Part shown: positions 23,972 through 36,515 of the stretch, in pieces
Position numbering within the stretch: position 1 is the first letter of the stretch
How the letters are laid out: the number at the start of each line of letters is the position of its first letter
Position numbers and translations under genes: made by a program
NCBI GenBank assembly: GCA_964016885.1
Contig: OZ024761.1
Coordinates: forward strand, 10,416,001 to 10,480,000
Source of the DNA: Eledone cirrhosa
Lineage: Eukaryota
Direction: 5' to 3'
DNA length: 64,000 nt
Notes under the pieces: generated by a model
What the model was told of the DNA's origin: nothing
Database searches by the model: none
What the model saw: only the letters and a program-made list of their open reading frames with translations

Positions 23972-26859
23972 ATCATCATCATCATCATCACCGTTTTACG
24001 TCCGTTCTTCCACGCTAGCATGGGTTAGACGGGTTGTCCTGTTGTGGGCAGTGTCTGGTCGGCTGACCATGCCTTGCTCATACAGGAACTGATCTGGCTT
24101 GATTTCTACAGCTGGATGCCCTTCCTAACACCAACCTCATTTACAGTGAGTGCTGGGTGCTTTTTCGTGGCGCCTACACGTCCACTTTACAGTGTGGGCT
24201 GGGTGCTTTTTTGCCGTGGCACCTCCACGACCACCTTGCGGTGGGGGGAGTGGGGGCATATTGTTTATATGCTTCAGCATGTACCCATGGGAGGTTGGGT
24301 ACCCTGTATTACTGCATGACGCCAGAAGTCACGGTCGTGTGTCATTGACTTTGAGAGGTGTAGTTGGGTAAGTTCGGCTTTTATCACCTCATCCCAAGTC
24401 ATCTTGGGTCTCCCCACTCCGCGGTTTCCATCAACTTCTAGTGCTCTGCACCTTTTTATGCAGCTATCATCCTTCATACGCATCACATGTCCATACCAGC
24501 GTAACCGCCTCTCCTGCACGCAGCATTTGATACCTCTTATGCTCAGTCTCTCTCTCAATTCCTTTATGCTTTGTCGTTCACGTATATTACTGTTACACGT
24601 CCATCGGAGCATGCAGGCATCGTTTCTCTCTAATCTACGTAAGTCTTCCACCTTCAGCGCCCAGGTCTCACTACCATGCAACATCGCTGTTCGGATACAC
24701 GCATCATACAGTCTGCCTTTCATTCTGAGGGAGAAGCCTTTTGCAGCTAGCAGTGGTAGTAGTTCCCTAAACTTCTTCCATCCCGTTCTTACCCTAGTTA
24801 TTGTACTTTCTGAGCACCCACCTCCGTTGCTAATTCGGTCACCTAGGTAGCAGAAGCTGTCTACTGTTTCTACAGGGCCCTCCCAGAGATTGGTGGTACT
24901 TGTTTCCTGTGGCTGTTTGCTTGCTGTTTCAGCACAGCTGCTGCATGTGAATCCTACATTCTTAATTAAGCTTCCTGAGATCCTGCTACATCTCTTGTGT
25001 ACCCATTGTTTGCATTTGGGGCAGAGAATGGAGTTCCTACCTACACCTTTCCTACATACTGAGCAAGGCCATTTCCCTGAGGGGATCTGGGTTCTGTTTT
25101 CTCGTCTACTTATAAGGACCTTAGTCTTTGTCATGTTGACTTTGAGGCCCTTTCTCTCTAGTCCCTGCTTCCAGGTTTGGAATTTATTCTCTAGTTCTAC
25201 CATAGATTCAGCTATGAGTGCGAGGTCATCAGCATACAGGAGTTCCCATGGGCATCCGGTCTTAAACTCCTCCGTTATTGCCTGCAGGACTATGATGAAC
25301 AGGAGAGGGCTAAGAACAGAGCCCTGGTGGACCCCAACCTGTACGCTAAATTCCTCGCTATACTCATTGCTAATCCTAACTTTGCTGACTGCTCCCCTAT
25401 ACATGGCTTGTACCGCTTTCACAAGCCATTCATCTACTCCTAGTTTTCTAAGAGCCCACCAGATTACTGCACGTGGAACTCTGTCAAAGGCTTTTTCAAG
25501 GTCGACAAATGCCAAGTAGAGTGGCTTACTTTTAGCTAGGTACTTTTCCTGTAATTGCCTCACAAGGAAGAGGGCATCAGTGGTGCCTTTCCCTGGTACA
25601 AACCCAAATTGCATCTCGTCTATATTCACCCGGTCCCTAATCAGCTGTGCTATAACTCTTTCTGTTACTTTCATGACCTGGTCCATCAACTTTATACCTC
25701 TATAGTTTCCTCTATCTAGTGCATCGCCTTTACCTTTGTAGCAGTTGACAATGATGCTACTGCACCAATCTTTTGGTATGGCCCCCTCTAGTATTACCTG
25801 GTTAACGATACGTGTGGTTATAGTGTGACCTACAGACCCAGATGCCTTCAGCATCTCGGCAGCTATACCCGATGGACCGGTTGCCTTCCCTATCTTCATA
25901 TCTCTGATTGCCTTACTTACTACGCTGCCGCTGACTTGTACTGCTGGTCGCTCTATAGGGTCTACGTGGGGTAGGGTCTCTTCTTCCCATGCATTCTCCT
26001 CATTTAGTAATCTATCATAATGACTCTTCCATGCATCTTTCTTCTCAGCACTTGTGAAGGCAAGCTCACCTTTATCATTCCGGATACACTTCTCTCCAAT
26101 GACATCACAACTATCTCTGACACACTGCCTCGCAATCTTGAATACCTCCTGTTTCTGGTCCTCACGTTGTAAAACCTGCTTGAATTTTCTATCCTCTGCT
26201 TCCCTCCTAGCTAAGTATACTTGTCGCCTAGCTTCCCTCTTGGTCTCTATGTAATGTACCCTGCTCCCCCCGTTCTTCCATTCTTTCCATGCCTGTCTCT
26301 TGGCCTTGACTGCTTCATCTACCTTATTGTTCCACCACCAAGTCACTCTCCTCCTGCTTGAGGTCTTACTCCAGCCACAAACCTCATCCGTCGCCTCTAG
26401 TAAGTTATTTTTTAGGAACTCCCAGTTCTCTTCTACGTTAAATGTCTCTATCTGTTCTTCTTTACTGTCGTAGGCGTTGAGTAAAATATCTTTAAATCTG
26501 TTACTGGTTGAGGGGACTTTCAGCTTCCAGATCTTTCTTCTCCAGGTTGGCCTCTGTTTCAGGGCTCGTCTAGTTCTGACCGTGAGGTCGCTGACAACTA
26601 AGCTATGTTGGGATGTACATTCCTCACTAGGGAAGGCTTTTGTGTTTATGACCGTCCATCTGTCACGTCCTCTGATGAGGATAAAATCTAACTGACTAGA
26701 GTGCTCCCCTGATCTATAGGTGATCAGGTGGTTGTCGGGTTTTTTAAAGTTTGTGTTACATATCGACATGTCATTGGCGTCGCAGAATTCTAGAAGTCTG
26801 AATCCTTCCTCATTCCTTGTGCCAACTCCATGGCCTCCATGTACTCTATTGAAGCCGTC
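23972..26859 (-). mobile_element. RTE LINE family B, young 5'-truncated copy with uninterrupted EN(part)-RT frame
   Basis: ORF 24274-26769 (open back to 26859), QFGF, LLYADD, 3' UTR and (TGA)n tail. Confidence 0.95.
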
Positions 26860-27315
26860 TTCTGGTAAGGATATAATCTATCTGGCTGGCATGTTCCCCT
26901 GATCTATAGGTGATCAAGTGGTTTTCTCGTTTTTTTAAGTTTGACTTACAGATAGTAAGGTTATTAGCATCACAGAATTCCAGGATTCTGAAGCCTTCCT
27001 CATTTCTATTTCGAAACCCATAGCCTCCATGGATTCCATCATAGCCATCACTATGTTGTCCAACGTGACTGTTTAGGTCGCCAGCAATAATTAAGTAGCT
27101 GCTGTCGGTTATTTGGGAGGTAGTGTGCATTAGCGTCTCATAGAACCTGTCCTTTATAACGTCAGGTAGACTAGATTGGGGTGCATAAGCGGATATTATT
27201 GTCACAGTAGTTCTATTTAGGACTAGTCTTATTTTAATTATTTTGTCATTCACTCTATTTACGACAATTACCTTATCTACCCATTTTTCAGCTAACATAA
27301 TTCCTACACCACCCA
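26855..27315 (-). mobile_element. RTE LINE family C, 5' part (AP endonuclease), separated from 21248-23971 by the family B insertion
   Basis: GGVGIML, ISAYAPQ, IAGDLNSHVG, QIDYILTRRR; rejoins DKVSVVNTKS at 23971. Confidence 0.9.
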
Positions 27316-28020
27316 TATATGTGTGTATATGTATATCTTCATGTACGTATACACATATACATATATATATATATATACAAACACACACACATATATATGA
27401 ATATATATATGTATATGTATATATGTGTATCATCATCATCATCATCATCATCAGGTTTAGCGTCCGTGTTCCACGCTTGCATGGGTTTGGACGGGGGTTT
27501 TCCCACTTGAGGCAAGAGTGGTTGTCTTGCTCGCATAGGACTGTCTGGCGGGTTTTCTACAGTGAGAAGACAACAGAAACGACCATCCTACCTGGAATAT
27601 TATACGTTATGATATTAAATATATTTCTTTTAGTATCATGCTTTTTTCTTTAAAACGTTTGAATATGAATAAAGTGGAGAAAACTACTATTTACTGTTGT
27701 TATATCATTATATATTAGTTTTTACTAATATATGATATAACCAAGCAAGTCAATCTACAACGGTTCTACACTAACATAAGAAACGTGACGTCTAACGAAC
27801 GAATGCCAAAGATACTATGTCTCGGTAATACCGGTGCAACTATTTCAGTTTACCCTTTTATAAACTAACTCCAGTCATTTCAAATCAGGTTCAGAGTACC
27901 GGGAATAAGAAAAAATAAATTATTTGCCGAAGTTTCTAAATCTGCTAAAGATAGCAGCCAAATCTCTCACTCTGTCTCCAATGTGTAATAAACCGTGACT
28001 CATATATAGGAACAAGTAGG

Positions 28021-28116
28021 ACCCCGACGGCTGAGCTCAAGCCGTTTCGACGGCTAATTCTGGACTAAATAAAAATGTTTAGCCTCGTAGATGAATAGCC
28101 GAACTTCTCAGGGGGT
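28021..28116 (-). ncRNA. Full-size type I hammerhead motif with one core defect
   Basis: ACCCC CUGAGAA G..CGGCUA...UAGCCG.C GAAAC GGCU-UGAGCUC-AGCC GUC GGGGU. Confidence 0.72.
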
Positions 28117-28398
28117 AATTCCATATATGGTAAAAGTAATTGTCACAAGGATTGGTCAAAAGTTTGTTGTTAAGACATAAGATTCTATCATGGCATTTTG
28201 TGGAAGGTAGGGGTAACTAAACTTGCCAGTAGAAGAAAGAGGGAGAGGGAGTGGAGGAAACCCAGTCAAGCGTTGAAAGTGAAATATATATATATATATG
28301 TGTATGTGTATACTTATATATGTATACATACATACATGTATATATATATATATAAAAAATAAACCAAAGAAGCCTTCAATACATCAAAAGTCTTTATT

Positions 28399-28438
28399 AG
28401 CTAACAATGTTTCGTCCTATTAAGGACTCATCAGGGCA
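28399..28438 (-). ncRNA. Minimal type I hammerhead motif within an inverted-duplicated repeat (28357-28650)
   Basis: GCC CUGAUGA GUCC-UUAAUA-GGAC GAAAC AUU GUU AGC; the inverted partial copy reads GAAAC AUC GUU GGC, restoring stem I. Confidence 0.82.
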
Positions 28439-29356
28439 AGTAAAGCTACAAGAAGCACTATCGGCCAATACAAGCCAAAAACTCAGAAGAATATGGAGTA
28501 TACATCTATTAAAGTCTAGGAAGGATATCAAGGAAAAGTAGGCTAAGATTAAGAGCGAACAGTTACAAACATAGATATAGACCAAATAGGACGAAACATC
28601 GTTGGCTAATAAAGACTTTTGATGTATTGAAGGCTTCTTTGGTTTATTTGGTTTTTTATAATTATTCGGCTCTGTTTAATTACATTGAGCTATATCTTAT
28701 ACTGTCATTTCTATAATATGAAGAGGGTGTTTAACTCCAACACACTCTAGTATTTTAATTCGTATACATATATATATGTATATATATTAGTGTATATATA
28801 TTGGTATGTATATAAATATTCGTGTAATTATACTGTATATTAGTCCATATATTCATATACAGTTGTTCTCTGGTATTCGCGGTATTCGAGAATAGTGAAA
28901 AACCGCGAACATTGTGGGTGGTCCATAGAAATGCCTATAAACCTCAAAATATAGCGTAAAATATAATAAAAATAGAGGGAGCGCCTTATGCAAAGATGCG
29001 TCCAATAACCCGACAAATACGATATATTATATTGTTGTTAATAATTTAGCGTTAAAATAATATATATTGTCACGAAATATATTTATTGCTTTGACTGCTA
29101 TTTCTAGCTTACACTAGAAAAAACCGGAAGTGGAGAAAATTGAAAAACTTCTTTTTTCCTCCTCTAACTTTTCAATCAAAAGAAAATTTTATGTAAACAA
29201 AAACGAAATTTTTCGCAAGAAAACTCTTTTCTGACTTAAATCCAAAATTGGGATACAAAAAAATGCGGGTGTGCAGTTTTCATATACACACTTGTTATTA
29301 CTAACTAGTCCTTATTTTGTGGACTTTGGCTGCTATTTCTAATAGTCCTCAATGTA

Positions 29357-29420
<64 letters not shown>

Positions 29421-29629
29421 ATATATAAGATCAAAAGATGGTTAAATGAGTTCCATGTATTTTATTATGCGCATTTCAAATATCATCATTTATTGTACTA
29501 CAATAAAACTCACCTCCTACATATATATATATATATATATATACATATGTACATATATATGTATATACGTATAAACTTTAATCTGTTCTTACAATAAATA
29601 TTTGCAAGGGTTTATATATATATATTTAG

Positions 29630-30012
29630 TGACGAAACATAAGTCAATTGCATGAACTCATAATCCTTTATTTATTGCTATATATATTTCGATGATAGCC
29701 ATTGAATGGCTATGACCTCATCAGGCAGTTAGTCAGTTCTTAGATATGTCAGCTCTGTGTTTATAGAGTTGATGGTATCAGAACCTTGGGACATATGAGT
29801 TTGTTAGGAATAATTTAATGTTGTCAGCAGGAATAGTCTTAATTCTCATTGGTCAGTTAGTAGATGCTAGTAGGGTTGGTATTTGATCTCAAAGAGGTAG
29901 GTGGTGGTGTTAAGTTCAAACCATCAGGCAAGATGACAATAGTTTCATATGACTGATTTTCATAAAAAGCATTCCCTGAAAAAAATGCAACCATTCTGGT
30001 TGGAATCTCCTG
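29630..30012 (-). mobile_element. Penelope-like element 3' remnant (GIY-YIG C-terminus plus hammerhead)
   Basis: Decayed ...RECFL.../...ILPDGLN (PxGLN motif) ~190 nt upstream of the hammerhead at 29676-29727. Confidence 0.6.
29676..29727 (-). ncRNA. Minimal type I hammerhead motif
   Basis: UGC CUGAUGA GGUCAUAGCCAU-UCA-AUGGCUAUCAUC GAAAU AUAU AUA GCA. Confidence 0.8.
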
Positions 30013-30436
30013 GATATATATATATATATATATATACCAGGCTTGATGGTCTTTATTCTCTCTCGTTCACGATTTCACTCGTTCTTCCTCACCTTTCGTT
30101 GCTTCACCATCTTTGTTTGTTTACACTCTCGCTGTTCCCTTTATTTACGTGTCCCAACGACTTTCTTTAGCCGTTGCTCGCACCAACCGGAGGTATATGG
30201 TCTTTAAAGCGAAGAAATACCGATGATGGTTGGAAGATCACTGATGAAGGACCAGTGTGTGTGTGTGTGTGTATATATAGATATATACATATATCTCTCT
30301 CTGTATATATGTGTGTGTATAAACATACATACACTCACAAACACACACATATAAATATAAATATTTCTTTATACTCTAGCAGTGTGTTGAGTACATTTTA
30401 TTTACTGAGGTTTCCCCGTGACACGACTCGTTTATC

Positions 30437-30488
<52 letters not shown>

Positions 30489-31702
30489 AAGAGTCAAGAC
30501 GAGTCGCAGCTAATTGCATCTAGAACCCTGAGTAAGAGATTTGACTGCTGTGTCTAGCAGGTTTAGAGTCTACTATTTTCCAAACATTTTTGCTTTACTG
30601 TGAACACGATTTCAAATTACCGGGCAGTCGGTTGAACAGTGATAGCTAAAATATCTTCACCGGTAACTTAATTAGTGTTACACCGCTATTGCTTAAGCAT
30701 AAACTATTTGGTATTCTTTCATGAGAGGTATTTTTTTTTATGCCGTCTTAAATAGAGTATGTATGCATACACGCATTCCTAAACAGTTTGACATTTATTC
30801 ATAAGAGGTAATGGTTTTATTTAGACCCCGTCTGTTTTAGAACAACACATACATATGATATTAACGTTTTTTACGAAAAAGCTTATTGTATTTAATATAA
30901 AAACGCCGTTTGGGGCACAAATATTGATTATATTATTTTACATACACATCCGTTATTCATACATACACACACACATATATCTTTGTGTAACTACAGTTAC
31001 AGGCGATTCACCCCCTCCCCCAAGCACTTGTTGTTGCTGTAACAAGGACGGTTTGAGTTAGGCTTTATTCCAGAATTAAAGCGACTGTACATTGTGAATA
31101 AAAGTAAGATCGAAGACAGTGTTGCAGCAGACATATAAACTTTATTGACATATTAGAATTGTTTCAATATCGATAGCTTTTGGTACAATCATAATATATT
31201 TATATATATATATATATATATATGATTTTAAAGCCACGTATTCCTACCTCCCAGTGATTTGAACTCAGTTTCGCGTTACTGGGTAGTACAATGAAGCAGA
31301 GAGACTATAAAAAGGCTACACCGGTGGCATATTTGGTTTTACACCGGTACGACGTTCAGGAAAGAGGTATAGTTTTATTTGTCTTCTGTGTTAGATTATA
31401 AATGTAGTTTGACTTGTTAAATTTATAGTACATGTTTGTAATATATATTCTTAACATAGATATGATTACATCTCAATTACTGCTCTAATGTCATCGCTTC
31501 CATTAAGACCCTCTCCACAACCTTGCCCCTCCTCGTATCATCATCCGATGGTGTGTCAATCTCCACAAAGCCAACACTTCTCATTATGTCGCCTCCATGG
31601 AACTCCCTGTTTACGTCTTTCTGTAACAATAAAGTTTACAAAAGTTTAAGTATATATCCCTCTAATTTTATTTTTCTAAAATAAAATTAGAGGGATATAA
31701 TA

Positions 31703-33708
31703 TCATCATCATCATCACCGTTTTACGTCCGTTCTTCCATGCTAGCATGGGTTAGACGGGTTGTCCTGTTGTGGGCAGTGTCTGGTCGGCTGACCATGGC
31801 TTGATTTTTACAGCTGGATACCCTTCCTAACATCAATCTCATTTACAGTGAGTGCTGGGTGCTTTTTTCCGTGGCGCCTACACGTCCACTTTACAGTGTG
31901 GGCTGGGTGCTTTTTTGCCGTGGCACTTCCACGACCACTTTGCAGTGGGAGGGTGTGGGGGAATATTGTCTATATGCTTCAGCTTGTACCCATGGGAGGT
32001 CGGGTACTCTGTATTACTGCGTGACGCCAGAGGTCACGGTCGTGTGTCATCGCCTTTGAGGTGTAATTGGGTTATGTCGGCTTTTATCACCTCATCCCAG
32101 GTCTTCTTGGGCCTCCCCACTCCGCGGTTTCCATTGACTTCTAGTGCTCGGCACCTTTTTATGCAGCTGTCATCCTTCATATGCATCACATGTCCATACC
32201 AACGCAACCACCTCTCCTGCACACAGCATTTGATTGCTCTTATGCTCAGTCTCTCTCTCAATTCATTTATGCTTTGCCGTTCGCGTATATTACTGTTACA
32301 CGTCCATCGGAGCATACAGGCTTCGTTTCTTTCTAATCTACGTAAGTCTTCCACCTTCAGCGCCCAGGTCTCACTACCATGTAACATTGCTGTTCGGATA
32401 CACGCATCATACAGTCTGCCTTTCATTTTGAGGGAGAAACATTTTGCAGCTAGCAGTGGCAGTAGTTCCCTGAACTTCTTCCATCCCGTTCTTAGCCTAG
32501 TTATTGTACTTTCTGAACACCCACCTCCGCTGTTAATTCGGTCACCTAGGTAGCAGAAGCTGTCTACTGTTTCTACAGAGCCCTCCCAGAGATTGGTGGT
32601 ACTTGTTTCCTGTGGCTGTTTGCTGCTTGCTGTCCCAGCACAGCTGCTACATGTGAAGCCTACATTCTTAATTAAGCTTCCTGAGATCACGCTACATCTC
32701 TTGTGTACCCATTGTTTGCATTTGGAGCAGAGAATGGAGTTCCTACCTACACCTTGCCTACATACTGAACAAGGCCATTTCCCTGAGGGGATCTGGGTTC
32801 TGTTTCCTCGTCTACTTACAAGGACCTTAGTCTTTGTCATGTTGACATTGAAACCCTTTCTTTCTAGTCCCTGCTTCCACGTTTGGAATTTCTTCTCTAG
32901 TTCTACCATAGATTCAGCTATAAGTGCGAGGTCATCTGCATACAGGAGTTCCCATGGGCATCCGGTCTTAAACTCCTCCGTTATTGCCTGCAGGACTATG
33001 ATGAACAGGATAGGGCTAAGAACAGAGCCCTGGTGGACACCAACCTGTACGCTAAATTCCTCGCTATACTCATTGCTAATCCTAACTTTGCTGACTGCTC
33101 CCCTATACATGGCTTGTACAGCTTTCACAAGCCATTCATCTACTAGTTTTCTAAGAGCCCACCAGATTATAGCACGTGGCACTCTGTCAAAGGCTTTCTC
33201 GAGATCGACGAATACCAGGTAGAGTGGCTTACTTTTAGCTAGGTACTTTTCCTGTAACTGAAGTGGGCATCAGTGGTGCCTCTTCCTGGTACAAACCCAA
33301 ATTGCATCTCATCTAGTTTAACCCGGTCCCTAATCAACTGTGCTATAACTCTTTCTGTTACTTTCATCACCTGGTCCATCAGCTTTATACCTCTATAGTT
33401 TCCTCTATCTAGTGCATCACCTTTACCTTTGTAGCAGTTGACAATGATGCTACTGCACCAATCTTTTGGTTTGACACCTTCTAGTATTACCTGGTTAACA
33501 ATACGTGTGGTTATAGTGTGACCTACAGACCCAGATGCCTTCAGCATCTTCACAACCCGATGGACCGGTTGCCTTCCCCATCTTCATATCTTTGATTGCC
33601 TTACTTACTACGCTGCTGCTAACTTGTACGGCTGGCCCCTCTATAGGGTCACTTGGGGTAGGGTCTCTTCTTTCCATGCATTCTCCTCATTTAGTAATCT
33701 ATCATAAT
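31703..33708 (-). mobile_element. RTE LINE family B, second copy
   Basis: Near-identical to 23972-26020; 25 bp TSD at 31652-31676 and 33707-33731. Confidence 0.95.
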
Positions 33709-33795
33709 ATATCCCTCTAATTTTATTTTTCAAATGGTGATTTAATACTTCACTGCTCGCAAGTGTTTTTTAAGCTTCATATCATGTCTCCCTAC

Positions 33796-33860
33796 TTTAT
33801 CTGATGAGAACGCAAATATCATCCCATGATGATATTTGTTTTTGAAATGCGCATAATAAA
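33796..33860 (+). ncRNA. Minimal type I hammerhead motif
   Basis: UUUAU CUGAUGA GAACGCAAAUAUCAUC-CCAU-GAUGAUAUUUGUUUUU GAAAU GCGC AUA AUAAA. Confidence 0.82.
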
Positions 33861-34153
33861 ATACATGGAACTCTTTTAACCATCTTTTGATTTTGTATTA
33901 TATATATATACATCATACATATGCAGTATTAAAACATGAGGAGAGGGAGAGATTTGACTGTTATTTCTAGCAGGTAGAGAGACTGTCGCGTCTGTTATTG
34001 GTGGGTGTTTTTAAGCAGGGGTAAATTTAAACACCGTTAACATGATTAGAACTATACCGGTTTTCTCAATCATATACTGTTTGGCATTTGTTCATGAAAG
34101 GTAATGAATTTTTTAGACGCTGCCTGTGTTAGAGTACATATATTCACAATAGA

Positions 34154-34295
34154 GACATAAATTGACTTTTAACGGTCTGAAAAATGAAAGTAAATTTATT
34201 TTCATTTTCGAACGTCGTGTTTACATTTTGTGTGTTTAGATCTATATTAGTTACTGAGATTAAAGACAAAATCAGAGCCTCTGTCGTTTTAACTG

Positions 34296-34334
<39 letters not shown>

Positions 34335-34755
34335 AGTTGATGGTTGAGAGAAAAGTAATCTTGTAATGAGGCTTGCAGAATGGTGAGTCCGCCATTCTGG
34401 ACGCTGCTGCCTTGTAGAAATCCCAAATCGAAGCTGTGACACTCTCGTCCCCATTATTCAGCAGGGATTTTGCCAGGCAGCCGCATCATCTCCGATGGTT
34501 GGGCTTCCTATTCGGAAATTGAGGAAATTGAAGGTGGGATTTACGTTCATGATGTTGTGGTGCATGAACGGAACTTTGTAGATCGTGCGGACCTTGATGT
34601 GCACACACACAGTTCATAGAGAACACATGGAGCCGTGCCAAGAAGAAGCTTCGTCGCCAGCATGTTTCGTTTAAACACACAAAATGTAAACACGACGTTC
34701 GAAAATGAAAATAAATTTACTTTCATTATTGCGACCGCTAAAAGTCATGTATGCC
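34154..34755 (+). mobile_element. Merlin (IS1595/ISXO2-like) DNA transposon deletion derivative
   Basis: ~85 bp TIRs; 34399-34663 reads GRCCLVEIPNRSCDTLVPIIQQGILPGSRIISDGWASY...HDVVVHERNFVD...VHT/FIENTWSRAKKKL. Confidence 0.85.
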
Positions 34756-34921
34756 CATAAATTAATGGTTTTCTGTGTAAAATTATATTAACAACGTTTT
34801 TTTTATCTTTGTTTACATTTTTATGATAAACTTTATTGTATGTGTAGTTATACGTGCATTGAATTTAATATAAACACGCCCTTTTGAGTAGAAATATTCA
34901 TTATTTAATTTTACATACACG

Positions 34922-34957
<36 letters not shown>

Positions 34958-35168
34958 TGTGTGTCTGTGTGTTAAGTATTTTCATACAAAAGGTAAAGGA
35001 AAGAAGAGTGCTCTGTGTATAGTATAGGCCTATTTAATTACATAATAAACAACACAGTATAATTATTCCATTACAGAAACGCCCAGCCCATTCATCAGAT
35101 GAAACAGTTATGTTTTGGATATGTTTTGAAATTGATATCTATTAAAAATGAAAGTGAGGCTTATAACG

Positions 35169-35216
<48 letters not shown>

Positions 35217-36289
35217 GCCTATAAATATACATACATTGACACACACATAAAATTACGTGAGCGCATTTATACGTAAATCCATATACACTCTTATATATAT
35301 ATATATACCACATTTTCACACTCATACACTTACACACATACATCCACATATATATATAAATATATGCACACACACATTTAGTGGTGGTTCGTTCACCCAA
35401 CCACTTGATGCTGTTACAAAGTCGGTTTTGTGTTGGCTTTTATTCCTGAATTAAAGCAGCTGTAGTGTATGAATAAAAGTAAGATCAAAGACACTGTTGC
35501 AGTATATATATTTTAACTTTATTGACATATTAGAACCGTTTCAATATCGATAGCTTGGAGTGCAATCATTTTATGTATATATATATATATATATATATAT
35601 ACAGGGAGTGTCATGTGTAGGTTCACCCAGATGAGCACTATATATATATATACACACATTTATATATATATATATACCATTTATATATATATATATATAT
35701 ATTATAAAATGGACGAGATGTTAGATCTTCATCACATTTAATGAGGGGTGACACGTGTTTCGTGATTGATCAGCTCAAGGTTTGATCTGTATTGATCAGG
35801 CTGAACGCTGCAATCAAAAGTTTATCGGACTTCTATTATGGTAATGACAGACTGATTCTCTACAGCTTTGAGAAAATTCATATCAGTTCACATTCATTTA
35901 TGGTGGTCAATTTTACTTGATTTTGATTGGATTGGGATAATTGGTGCGTACTAGAGAAGACTAGATTTTCCATTCACATGGGAAGGTGGAGTCTTCAGTA
36001 GTTCTGTATGTAGAGGGTTTTAAGTAGAAGTAGTGCAAAGTATGTGTGAATGTGTATAGCATATTCAATACAAGTGTTTATGTGTATATATGTTTGTGCT
36101 CTTCAACAGATGACAATTATGAAGCATTTATATGTGGAAGTCAGTCAAGCTGGACCTATGATGAGATGGAACTTGAGAAGTTGACACAGCCATCAACTCT
36201 ACCACCATACCGTGGCAGAGATGCAGTAGATAAACATTAGAAAAGTTAACTCTTTTCCCACTATATCATTAATGTATTGTATTGTAGTT

Positions 36290-36515
36290 GAACTTTGGAT
36301 TCCTGGGATGGGCTGCATGTTGTGTTCTTGAACAAAACACTTTATGTTACTCCAGTATACTCAGCTGAAAATGAGTACCAGCAATAGCTCGTTGGTTTAA
36401 CCTTGCGATGGACTAGCATCCTGTCCCAGGGGAAGTCTTGTACTCTCAGTCTCTTCATGTTATGGAATCAGGATTAACACCAGCCTAACAATCTTCCTGG
36501 CTTGAGACATACTTA
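36290..36515 (+). mobile_element. SINE family 4 (partial)
   Basis: Collinear with 50182-50460. Confidence 0.7.

Noticed and set aside
24404-25519. Long antisense ORFs over the RTE (also 31852-33222)
   Set aside because: Shadow frames of the RT coding strand with no recognisable domain.
26846-27451. In-frame fusion of RTE-C endonuclease with RTE-B RT making a complete element
   Set aside because: The two frames differ by one base at the junction, and the apparent poly-M start is a microsatellite.
30235-30260. Hammerhead at CTGATGAAGGACC
   Set aside because: Truncated by a (GT)n tract; only the 5' half is present, so it was not counted.
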